Positions 55,166-63,418 of a DNA stretch of 64,000 bases are shown one piece after another. The notes below the pieces were generated by a model. The model was not told where the DNA came from. It ran no database searches and saw only the letters and a program-made list of their open reading frames with translations. The position numbers and the translations under genes were made by a program. This DNA is from a virus (taxonomy: Duplodnaviria > Heunggongvirae > Uroviricota > Caudoviricetes). Numbering within the stretch: position 1 is the stretch's first letter; every line of letters starts with the position of its first letter. The stretch is from the IMG/VR virus record IMGVR_UViG_3300037455_000543, positions 59,136 through 123,135 of that record; one strand, given 5' to 3'.

Positions 55166-56158
55166 ATGAATTTAGAAGAATTTAAAAAAGAACAAGAAAA
55201 ACTAATTTGTAAACCGGTTCTATCTGTCTATAAGAACGGTAATCACTATGTTGCAATTTTTGCTGATGGAACGAAGATTAAGGAAACAGTCGATCCGGAA
55301 GCTGACCATTTTACACATGAATTCGCAGAAAACAGTGACATTAAGATTACTGACTACTGTGATGGCGGTTGTGTTTATTGTCATGAAAACTCCACTATCA
55401 AGGGAATTCATGGTGACTTGAAGAAAATCGAACCTATGCTTGATACTCTCCATGAAGGAACTGAAATGGCAGTCGGCGGCGGTAATGCTCTTGCTCATCC
55501 TGACCTTATCTGGTTCCTTGAAAAGTTGAAGTCAAAGAGTGTTATTGCGAATATCACGATTAACCAAAGACATCTCCAGCCTTATAAGGATTTAATCTGT
55601 AAGCTCGTTGCCGAAAAGTTGGTTAACGGCATTGGTGTTTCACTGACTGATTCTTCAAATGTTGATGACTTCAAGTTTATTGACACTCTTGGTGAAAATG
55701 TCGTTATCCATACGATTGCAGGTATTCTTACAGAAAAAGATATTGAATGCCTCAAGCATAGGAAAGTTCTTATTCTCGGTTACAAGGACCTTAGACGTGG
55801 ACATACGTTGCTTGAAAAGGAATCTGAAAGTATCAAGAAGAATATTGAATGGCTCAAGGGATTCCTGCCGATTATGAGACATATCTGCAAGGTTATTTCG
55901 TTCGACTGTCTCGGTATCGAACAGATTGACCCGAAGAAGATTTTCAATATGACGGATGAAATGTATAATTCCTTATTCCAAGGTTCAGATACCGATGTAA
56001 CGGATAGCGAAGGAAATATTACATGTTCTACATTCTATATCGACGTTCCGAACATGACTGTTGCAAGAATGAGCACTGCAGCACTCGACCAAAGATTCAA
56101 GTTCGACGGAACGGAAAATGTTCGTGACCTGTTCAAGATTTCAACCAAAGGATGGTAA
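55166..56158 (+). CDS. radical SAM protein
   Basis: KITDYCDGGCVYCHE (CxxxCxxC), GGGN, ANITIN; no SPASM Cys cluster visible. Confidence 0.9.
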   Translation: MNLEEFKKEQEKLICKPVLSVYKNGNHYVAIFADGTKIKETVDPEADHFTHEFAENSDIKITDYCDGGCVYCHENSTIKGIHGDLKKIEPMLDTLHEGTEMAVGGGNALAHPDLIWFLEKLKSKSVIANITINQRHLQPYKDLICKLVAEKLVNGIGVSLTDSSNVDDFKFIDTLGENVVIHTIAGILTEKDIECLKHRKVLILGYKDLRRGHTLLEKESESIKKNIEWLKGFLPIMRHICKVISFDCLGIEQIDPKKIFNMTDEMYNSLFQGSDTDVTDSEGNITCSTFYIDVPNMTVARMSTAALDQRFKFDGTENVRDLFKISTKGW

Positions 56159-56161
56159 TTT

Positions 56162-56917
56162 ATGAAAACTATAAGACTTTGCACATTTGAAACAAACTCG
56201 TCTTCAATGCATGCGATTATTATTCCGGAACGCTCTTTTAATGCACATAAGCATTTGAAAGATATTGTATTCCAATACAATATGGATTTTAGTGAAAGAG
56301 CATTGTATATCCGTAATAAGCCGGAAGAAAAAGCGTCTTATGTATTTCAGCTTATCGTCGGGCAAATTAATTCGTATTTTGTTCCGGTTACAAAAGATGA
56401 CGTTGAAATCCCTGGTGCTGTAACTCATAATGAAAGAGTAATCAAGATGTTTACCGACTGGATGGAACAGTTCAAGGCAGAAGTTCTTGAATGGGAAAAG
56501 ATCAATGTCTCCTTCGGCGGATATGTTATTTCTCGTGAATATACCAATTACAAGGGTGAAGTCGTAAGACAATATCATATTCAAGAACCTGAAGGAACTT
56601 ATGCATCCACTGGTTGTTATGGCCACAAGGGTGTAAACGGTGTTTTGCTTTCACGCCTGTTTGACCGTTTTGACAAGGCAGTAGAAAATATCGATTCTCC
56701 TGACTGGGATAAGCCAGAAGAAATCGAAAAGCGTAACAAAAATTGGGACGCATCCATGTTCTATATTATCAATTTTGTTTTTGACCCGAATGCTGTTATT
56801 ATTCAGTATACTGATGAATACAGTGATGAAGGTCTTGTTGAAATGAAACAGAAAATTAGAGAATATATGGAAATGAATGATTACCGTTGTAATGTTATTT
56901 GGCCTATTGGAGGCTAG
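56162..56917 (+). CDS. FETNSSS-motif protein 4
   Basis: MKTIRLCTFETNSSSMH; 3 nt after radical SAM stop. Confidence 0.85.
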   Translation: MKTIRLCTFETNSSSMHAIIIPERSFNAHKHLKDIVFQYNMDFSERALYIRNKPEEKASYVFQLIVGQINSYFVPVTKDDVEIPGAVTHNERVIKMFTDWMEQFKAEVLEWEKINVSFGGYVISREYTNYKGEVVRQYHIQEPEGTYASTGCYGHKGVNGVLLSRLFDRFDKAVENIDSPDWDKPEEIEKRNKNWDASMFYIINFVFDPNAVIIQYTDEYSDEGLVEMKQKIREYMEMNDYRCNVIWPIGG

Positions 56918-56919
56918 TA

Positions 56920-57642
56920 GTGAAAATCTATAGTAAATTCCAGGATTATTATGATTCTGCTTTGGGTTCTTTTATAGAATCCGAAGTAGTTTATAATCGT
57001 TCTCAAGAAACTGACATTATTTCTTTAATGGATATTCCTGACCTTGGCGAGGAATTCTTTCCGAAGTTTACGGATCATGAAGACTCGTCTTTTCCGGATC
57101 GTCCACAAAATAATATTGTAATCCTTGTCGGTTTCTGTGGAAAATACTATTATGGTTTACATTACGATTACTTTCCTGGAATTGCAAACGATAGTGATTA
57201 TTTTAACTATTGCAAAGAAGCGCATAAGTATATTTCTTTCGAAACATTTAAAGACTATAGAACTCATCCATGGCAAGGTTTATCTGATAAATTTAAATTT
57301 AAGTACAGTCGGTATCTTGATTTAAAAAATCCAGAAGAAACCGATTGGTGGAAAGATGAGGCCTTCATTAAATATGGTCCTGTATTCTCTGTGTTTTATC
57401 CATTACATCATAAGTATGCAAAAGAACCTGCGAAAATCAGGATTGTAAAAAATCCATGTCTCAAAGATTTAAACTTTGTTCAAGTAATGGATCCTTTTAC
57501 ATGTCTTTATAATATAAATGAATGGTTAGATACACATGCAAGGCCTGATGATGCCATCGTTCCTGTTGGCGATGATATCACTCGTTTACAGGCATATGGT
57601 TTTGACAAGAAAACATCTTTTAGGAAAGCAAAAGAAAAATAA
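56920..57642 (+). CDS. conserved phage protein (KIxSKFxDYYD family)
   Basis: GTG start after GGAGG; KIYSKFQDYYD, VGFCGK, NPCLKDLNF, GFDKKTSFR. Confidence 0.75.
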   Translation: MKIYSKFQDYYDSALGSFIESEVVYNRSQETDIISLMDIPDLGEEFFPKFTDHEDSSFPDRPQNNIVILVGFCGKYYYGLHYDYFPGIANDSDYFNYCKEAHKYISFETFKDYRTHPWQGLSDKFKFKYSRYLDLKNPEETDWWKDEAFIKYGPVFSVFYPLHHKYAKEPAKIRIVKNPCLKDLNFVQVMDPFTCLYNINEWLDTHARPDDAIVPVGDDITRLQAYGFDKKTSFRKAKEK

Positions 57643-57691
57643 CGACTTTTAGAAAATTATTTTCATATATAGAATAGAAAGGTTGAGAACA

Positions 57692-57766
57692 ATGATTAAT
57701 TTTAACTATAACAGAATTTCATCATCAAGCGAATCGCACGAGCGGTTTTGCTTTGTTATAGTGTAA
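57692..57766 (+). CDS. possible 24-aa peptide
   Basis: MINFNYNRISSSSESHERFCFVIV after GAAAGG SD-like site. Confidence 0.35.
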   Translation: MINFNYNRISSSSESHERFCFVIV

Positions 57767-57794
57767 ATTAAATTTTACAAAATTTAACGATTAT

Positions 57795-57829
57795 AGACCG
57801 CTTACAAAAGCGGTCTTTTTTTCTATATT
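57795..57829 (+). promoter_or_regulatory. terminator/early-promoter module
   Basis: AGACCGCTT-acaa-AAGCGGTCT+T run; CTTACA(57801)-17-TATATT. Confidence 0.7.
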
Positions 57830-57856
57830 TAACAGTGAAAATTAAAAGGTTCAGTA

Positions 57857-58033
57857 ATGAGAAAAAAGAAAACATTAAAAATTCAAACCTTTACTAATCC
57901 TGAAAATATAGGATTGTATCTGGAAACAAATCAGATTACTCGTGACGACGTTTTGACCGTGACTGAGAGCGTGAAAGAAATAGAATCAACGCACGCAAAA
58001 ATTCAACAATTTACTTTATTCTACTGGGCTTAA
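57857..58033 (+). CDS. small hypothetical protein (58 aa)
   Basis: MRKKKTLKIQTFTNPENIGLYLETNQITRDDVLTV...; AAAGG SD. Confidence 0.6.
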   Translation: MRKKKTLKIQTFTNPENIGLYLETNQITRDDVLTVTESVKEIESTHAKIQQFTLFYWA

Positions 58034-58057
58034 AAAATTTAAAAAGGAAAAATAAAA

Positions 58058-58648
58058 ATGAACAAGAAACTCTTAATCCTCATCGACTGTCAGAACGATT
58101 TTATTACTGGCACTCTTGCAAATCCTCGCGCCGAAGCAAAGATTGCAAACATCGTAAAGAAAGTAAAGGAACACGACGGTATCGTTATCGCAACTCACGA
58201 TACTCACTTTACCAAGCTTCAGGTTGAATCTGCTTGGCCTCCTGCTGAAGGAAAGGCATATGAAGATACTATGGAAGGTCAGATTCTCAAGACTGTCCAC
58301 TGTATCAAGCTTACTGAAGGTTGGGAAATTCAAAAGGATATTCTCGCAGCTTGTCATGAAAAGAATGGCACCAATGGTCCGACTAAGTTCCACTGCATTG
58401 ACAAGTATACGTTCGGTTGGGATGGTTGGAAGGAATACCTCAAGGCCTTCGATTTTGACGAAATTGAACTTTGTGGTTTTGTCGCTGGTATTTGCGTAGA
58501 TTCCAATGCAACTATTCTTCGTGCACTTTTCCCGAACATGAAGATTACTGTTGATGCTGCTTGCACTGCTGGTTTCGGACCTGACGATGAAAAGGCTGCT
58601 TACACCTGCATGAAGATGAAAGAAATTGACGTTATTAACGAGGACTAA
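58058..58648 (+). CDS. pncA: nicotinamidase (isochorismatase family)
   Basis: ILIDCQNDF, ATHDTH, VHC, DKYTFG, CGFVAGICV. Confidence 0.88.
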   Translation: MNKKLLILIDCQNDFITGTLANPRAEAKIANIVKKVKEHDGIVIATHDTHFTKLQVESAWPPAEGKAYEDTMEGQILKTVHCIKLTEGWEIQKDILAACHEKNGTNGPTKFHCIDKYTFGWDGWKEYLKAFDFDEIELCGFVAGICVDSNATILRALFPNMKITVDAACTAGFGPDDEKAAYTCMKMKEIDVINED

Positions 58649-58649
58649 T

Positions 58650-58967
58650 ATGACCGTTGAAATTAAGAAATATAAAAAGAAACCGGTTCAAGTCGAAGCT
58701 GTTCAGATTCCGGATCTCGATGATGCTGAAAATGTAGCGGATATTCTTGACTGGGGTGACGGTCATATCCGTTATGATGATGAAACTTATCCGATGTCAG
58801 GACCTGTTCTTGGTATCGAAACAAAGTCAGGTCATCATTATGCCATCCCGGGTGACTGGATTATTAAAGGAATCGATGGTACGTTTTATGCAACTACTAA
58901 TGAAACTTTCCAGAAACTTTATGAACAGGATAATGGTGATTCAGGCATGGGATGTATCACATGGTAG
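58650..58967 (+). CDS. conserved phage protein (KKPVxVEA/PGDWII family)
   Basis: KKKPVQVEAVQ...PGDWIIKGIDGTFY. Confidence 0.75.
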   Translation: MTVEIKKYKKKPVQVEAVQIPDLDDAENVADILDWGDGHIRYDDETYPMSGPVLGIETKSGHHYAIPGDWIIKGIDGTFYATTNETFQKLYEQDNGDSGMGCITW

Positions 58968-59149
58968 ATTGGGAAGGCTTAACACCTAATAGTATTCGTG
59001 ATTACTATGATGCATATCGAAAAAGAAAAGATTCTATCGGATATAATAAATGGAAATACGAATATAGCAAATTACCTGAAGACTTAACACTCTTCGAAGA
59101 TTTTAAAAACAAAAACAAAACAAACACAAACAATAAAGAGGAAAATAAT

Positions 59150-59788
59150 ATGTTTGATTTTAACTTTGGCAATATGTTTAACGGTATGTTTGGCAAGCTC
59201 GAAAAGGGCAAGTGTGCATTCGCTATGAATGGCGGTATCGCAGTCAAGACATCCAATGGCTTCAAGACTTACAATGTCAAGAAGCAGCGTCTCACCAACG
59301 TCACTAACTTCTGTTTTGACGGTGCAGACTTCTTCTTCGTCCTTCCGACCGCTAAGGTCGCTGTCGGTGACGTTATTCTCGTCGGTGGCAAGCCGAAGTG
59401 CGTTATCGAAGTTGGTAAGGCATCGATTAAGGTTATCGACTATGAAAATAGCGAAATCCGTGAAATCGTTCCGGAACGTCACATCTTCATGGGCGCTACC
59501 GTGTTCTACGGCAAGATCACCAGCCCATTCGGTAATGGTATCGCTGGTAAGGGCAAGGGTATCATGGCCAAGATGATGCAGCTCATGATGATGAAGAGCA
59601 TGATGGGTGGCAATGGCAGTGATGGTAATGGCCTGATGCAGATGATGATGATGCAGAATATGTTCGGCGGTGCTGCAACTGACGGCAATATGTTCGAAAA
59701 CATGTTCGACATCCAGATTGATGAAGACGTTGCCGGTGCTGTAAATCCGGACGACGGCGATGAAGACGAAGATACAGAGGAAAACTAA
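59150..59788 (+). CDS. Met/Gly-rich hypothetical protein upstream of vWA gene
   Basis: GAGG SD at ATG 59150; MMQLMMMKSMMGG..MQMMMMQNMFGG; acidic tail. Confidence 0.8.
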   Translation: MFDFNFGNMFNGMFGKLEKGKCAFAMNGGIAVKTSNGFKTYNVKKQRLTNVTNFCFDGADFFFVLPTAKVAVGDVILVGGKPKCVIEVGKASIKVIDYENSEIREIVPERHIFMGATVFYGKITSPFGNGIAGKGKGIMAKMMQLMMMKSMMGGNGSDGNGLMQMMMMQNMFGGAATDGNMFENMFDIQIDEDVAGAVNPDDGDEDEDTEEN

Positions 59789-59802
59789 AAGGAGGTTAAC
59801 CT

Positions 59803-60690
59803 ATGGGTGGCGGAAGCTTTGATTATTCCAGCTATAAATCTTATTCCAGAAGCTGCGGTAAGGTCCTTGATTCTCGTGGTTATGTAACTAAGGGTCAGAC
59901 ATTTGATCGTTCCTACATGGCAAGTGAACTTGATCCGAAGAATGTTATTCGTGAATGTTGCAATTCCAAGGAACATCCGAATACACTTCCGGTCATTCTC
60001 GCACTTGACGTTACCGGTTCTATGGGTACGGCTTGTAAGAGAACTGCAGAAGCACTTGGTCCTATCGTATTGAATTTGCTCGAAAAGTATAAGGATCGCG
60101 ATATTGAATTCCTTATCATGGGTATCGGTGACGTTGAATGCGACTCCTGCCCGATTCAGGCATCTCAGTTCGAATCTGATGTCCGTATCTCTAAGGATAT
60201 TGACAAGATTTATATGGAACACGGCGGCGGTGGAAACCAGTATGAATCCTATTCTGCTGCATGGTATTTCGGTCTCAATCAGACCAAGCTTGATTGCTAT
60301 GACAAGCAAGGTCGAAAGGGTATCATTATTACCATGGGTGATGAACCGTTAAATCCGTATCTCGAACGTGCAGGTCTTAACGAAGCAACTGGTCATTCTA
60401 ACCAGTCTCGTGTAGATACCAAGGATCTCTATGCTAAGGCTAAGGATAAGTTCGATATTTATCATATCGCTGTAGATGACAATGCTACATGCTATAGAAG
60501 CTATGCAAACCAGATTGAAAAGACTTTCGGTCAGCTTCTTGGCGATAATCTGAAGGTTGCATCGATTAATACCTTGCCTACCATTATCGAAGACTGCATT
60601 AAGCAGACAATCGAACATAATGGTGGTGGTACTACTACTGAAGCACCTAAGAAGACGCAGCTTAACGAAAACGGCGAAATTACTTGGTAA
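59803..60690 (+). CDS. von Willebrand factor A domain protein
   Basis: MGGGSF start, LDVTGSMG (MIDAS), GGGNQYESY, MGDEP. Confidence 0.88.
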   Translation: MGGGSFDYSSYKSYSRSCGKVLDSRGYVTKGQTFDRSYMASELDPKNVIRECCNSKEHPNTLPVILALDVTGSMGTACKRTAEALGPIVLNLLEKYKDRDIEFLIMGIGDVECDSCPIQASQFESDVRISKDIDKIYMEHGGGGNQYESYSAAWYFGLNQTKLDCYDKQGRKGIIITMGDEPLNPYLERAGLNEATGHSNQSRVDTKDLYAKAKDKFDIYHIAVDDNATCYRSYANQIEKTFGQLLGDNLKVASINTLPTIIEDCIKQTIEHNGGGTTTEAPKKTQLNENGEITW

Positions 60691-60694
60691 CTTT

Positions 60695-60729
60695 AAGGGG
60701 TTGAAAAACCCCTTTATTTTTTCTATATT
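60695..60729 (+). promoter_or_regulatory. terminator/early-promoter module
   Basis: AAGGGGTT-gaaa-AACCCCTT+T run; TTGAAA(60701)-17-TATATT. Confidence 0.7.
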
Positions 60730-60738
60730 TAAATTTGT

Positions 60739-61863
60739 ATGACGATTGGTAGAATTATAGTAGGTAGTTCCTACGGCGATGAAGGTAAAGGTACTGTTAC
60801 AGCATTCTATACAAAGAAAGCTGTCGGTAAGGTATTGAATGTTCTAACGAATGGTGGCGCACAAAGAGGACATTCAGTAATATCTGATAATGGCGATTTT
60901 ACTTTCAAACATTTCGGTTCTGGAACATGCTACGGTGCAGACAGTTATTTTTCTCAATTCTTTATCCTTAATCCGATGCAATTCGACAAGGAAAGAAAAC
61001 AGCTGTCTGACAAGCTACCATTCTTTAATAATCTTAATTTTTATCGTCATGAAGACTGTATGTGGTCTACTCCGTTTGACCAGATGTTTAACCTCGCTAT
61101 TGAAGTAAGCAGAGGAAAAGATAGACATGGTTCCTGTGGAATGGGTATCTGGGAAACGGTATTAAGATACAGTAAGATGAAAACATATACACTTGATGAA
61201 TTCTGCTATCTTCCTAAAGAATTCAAAGTTAAGTATCTTAAAGATATTAAACTGTATTTTGAAAACAGGGGTGTAAAACTTCCTAAAGAACTTGTAGAAC
61301 CATGGAACAGTGATTTTCTTATTGAACACTTTATCCAGGATTGCCATACATTAAGATTTATGGCTAAACCTGTAAAGTCGATTACCGAAATCTATCATGA
61401 CTATCAAGAAGTAATCTGTGAAAACGGACAAGGATTGTTATTAAATTCCAATCCGTTCGATGACCATACTACTCCTAGCAATACTGGTTCTCATGATGGT
61501 ATGGCTATTCTTGCAAGTGGACTTAATCTTCCGAATGACGCTATCACGGTTCATTATGTGACAAGACCTTATCTTACAAGACACGGTGACGGCTATCTAA
61601 TTGGTGAAACCGACAAGAATCACATTGCTAGTTCTGTTCCTGAAGATAGAACGAACCATTATAATGATACACAGGGGCATTTTAGATATGCCGCTTTGGA
61701 TATCAATGATTTGGCTAGCAGAATTGGATTTGACTTCATGAGACCGTATGCTGGTGATTTCAAGGTAGAAGTAACGCATTGTGATGAAATGGATCGCGTT
61801 ACTGAATTTGAAAGGCATTTCGGTAAACAAAGAATTCATACATTCGAGTCTCCGAAGGTTTAA
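60739..61863 (+). CDS. purA: divergent adenylosuccinate synthetase-like protein
   Basis: GDEGKG, GGAQRGH, ENGQGLLL, YVTRPYLTRHG; Asp-binding loop atypical. Confidence 0.75.
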   Translation: MTIGRIIVGSSYGDEGKGTVTAFYTKKAVGKVLNVLTNGGAQRGHSVISDNGDFTFKHFGSGTCYGADSYFSQFFILNPMQFDKERKQLSDKLPFFNNLNFYRHEDCMWSTPFDQMFNLAIEVSRGKDRHGSCGMGIWETVLRYSKMKTYTLDEFCYLPKEFKVKYLKDIKLYFENRGVKLPKELVEPWNSDFLIEHFIQDCHTLRFMAKPVKSITEIYHDYQEVICENGQGLLLNSNPFDDHTTPSNTGSHDGMAILASGLNLPNDAITVHYVTRPYLTRHGDGYLIGETDKNHIASSVPEDRTNHYNDTQGHFRYAALDINDLASRIGFDFMRPYAGDFKVEVTHCDEMDRVTEFERHFGKQRIHTFESPKV

Positions 61864-61867
61864 TATA

Positions 61868-61903
61868 AAAGGGGTTTACAAAAACCCTTTTATTTTTTAT
61901 ATT
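61868..61903 (+). promoter_or_regulatory. terminator/early-promoter module
   Basis: AAAGGGGTTT-ac-AAAAACCCTTTT; TTTACA(61875)-17-TATATT. Confidence 0.75.
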
Positions 61904-61930
61904 TGATTAAAATTAAAAAGGATATTAAAA

Positions 61931-63157
61931 ATGACAAAACATCTTCCCCAAATTATCACGCATTTGACCGACAATGACTTCTATAAGTACACTATGGGTC
62001 AAATGTTTGTTCATCAGTTCCACGATATGAAGGTTGAATGGACCTACAAGAACAGAGATCCTGAACGTAAGTTTACTCGTGAGATGATTGATGAAATCAA
62101 TTATCAGATTGACCTTTACTCCAAGCTCCGCTATACTCCATGGGAACTTGAACACTTCGGTAAGATTGATTTCATGAACCATGACTATGTTGGTTTCTTG
62201 AAGCGTTATAGTATTGACCGTAATGAAATCACTTGCGTGTATGACGAAAAGATTCAGCAGCCGGAAATTCACTTCCGTGGTTATAACATCGACGTTTCTT
62301 ATCATGAAGTGCCGGTTATGTCCATTGTTTCTGAAGTCTGGTTCCGTATGACCTATACTCCGGAGGAACAGGCTAAGATTATCGAAGATGCAAAGCAGCG
62401 CTTCATTGAAAAGGTTGATAAGCTCATCAAGGGTGAAATCAAGATTGGCGCATTTAGCGAATTCGGTACTCGCCGTAGATTCTGTAAGGAATTCCAAGAA
62501 TGGGCACTTCGCTATATCAGCCAGTTCCAGTTCAAGGGTACTAAGTTTGTCGGTACTTCTAACGTGTATTTCAGCTTCCTGTTCGGAACTAAGCCGATTG
62601 GAACTATGGCTCACGAAGCCATCGAGCTCGTTGGTCAGGGTCTGCCGATTCATAACCCGGCTTACTCCAACCACTACATGATGAAGCACTGGATTAAGGA
62701 ATACGGTGTTAAGAATGGTATCTATCTTACCGACTGTATCACCACTGATTGCTTCCTCAAGGACTTTACGACTGAATATGCAACGTTGTTCAGCGGCGTA
62801 AGACATGACTCGGGCGATCCGATTGCCTGGGGCGAAAAGATGCTTGCTCACTATATGAAGGTTGGCGTTCCATATGCAAACAAGACTCTCTTGTTCTCGG
62901 ATAGCTTGGACTTCCAGCGTGCAGAAGTTATCTATCAGCGTTTTGCACTCCGTTGTAATGTTGCTTTCGGTATCGGTACCTGGTTGCTCAATGATACTGG
63001 TTGGTTCAAGCCGATGAACCAGGTTATCAAGCTGACCGAAGTAAACGGAATTCCGGTTTGTAAGATCAGCGATGCTGCTGGTAAGTTCATGGGTAAGAGC
63101 GAAGAATATCGCGATTATCTCCAGCGTGCAATCGATTGGCGCGTAAATCACGACTAA
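61931..63157 (+). CDS. pncB: nicotinate phosphoribosyltransferase
   Basis: DNDFYKYTM, EFGTRRR, GTSNV, GTMAHE, RHDSGDP, FSDSL, FGIGT, KISD. Confidence 0.95.
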   Translation: MTKHLPQIITHLTDNDFYKYTMGQMFVHQFHDMKVEWTYKNRDPERKFTREMIDEINYQIDLYSKLRYTPWELEHFGKIDFMNHDYVGFLKRYSIDRNEITCVYDEKIQQPEIHFRGYNIDVSYHEVPVMSIVSEVWFRMTYTPEEQAKIIEDAKQRFIEKVDKLIKGEIKIGAFSEFGTRRRFCKEFQEWALRYISQFQFKGTKFVGTSNVYFSFLFGTKPIGTMAHEAIELVGQGLPIHNPAYSNHYMMKHWIKEYGVKNGIYLTDCITTDCFLKDFTTEYATLFSGVRHDSGDPIAWGEKMLAHYMKVGVPYANKTLLFSDSLDFQRAEVIYQRFALRCNVAFGIGTWLLNDTGWFKPMNQVIKLTEVNGIPVCKISDAAGKFMGKSEEYRDYLQRAIDWRVNHD

Positions 63158-63165
63158 TAATTAAG

Positions 63166-63197
63166 TAAACCCTATTTTGGGGATAGGGTTTATTTTT
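63166..63197 (+). terminator. intrinsic terminator
   Basis: TAAACCCTAT...ATAGGGTTTA+T run after pncB. Confidence 0.75.
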
Positions 63198-63207
63198 AGG
63201 ATTTAAT

Positions 63208-63345
63208 ATGAAAAAGTTACTTAAAATTTTCGGCACAATTCTTGGTATTACCGTTGTTGGTGGGTTAGTTTATAAAGAACGTGAAACCATTGCCGATTTA
63301 CAAAAAAGACTAGTAGAAATGAGACATTTTACGGTTAAGAAGTAA
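63208..63345 (+). CDS. small membrane protein (45 aa)
   Basis: MKKLLKIFGTILGITVVGGLVYKERE...; AGGA SD. Confidence 0.6.
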   Translation: MKKLLKIFGTILGITVVGGLVYKERETIADLQKRLVEMRHFTVKK

Positions 63346-63418
63346 ATATACTTTTACATTTCGACCGTGAAATGTTTTCTATATTTGTACTATAAAGTTT
63401 AAAAGAAAAGGATAATAT

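Noticed and set aside
58952-59149. 66-aa N-terminal extension of the Met-rich protein in the ORF track
   Set aside because: A GAGG SD and an A/C-rich leader precede ATG 59150, the more likely start; a fused or separate small gene upstream cannot be excluded.
60739-61863. PurZ / 2-aminoadenine (Z-DNA) pathway
   Set aside because: The protein keeps GDEGKG with the PurA catalytic Asp (PurZ has Ser there), and no dATPase/MazZ-like partner is recognised in the window.
61925-63151. 408-aa antisense ORF mirroring pncB (also 32407..33312, 47650..48570, 7649..8437, 59785..60309)
   Set aside because: They are shadows of well-supported + strand genes, explained by codon bias; no SD, promoter or recognisable motifs.
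47311-63157. Canonical NARP1 or NARP2
   Set aside because: The phosphoribosyltransferase has PncB (nicotinate) motifs and comes with PncA and NadE; no Adps (PRPP-synthetase-like) or Nampt/Namat-type gene recognised.
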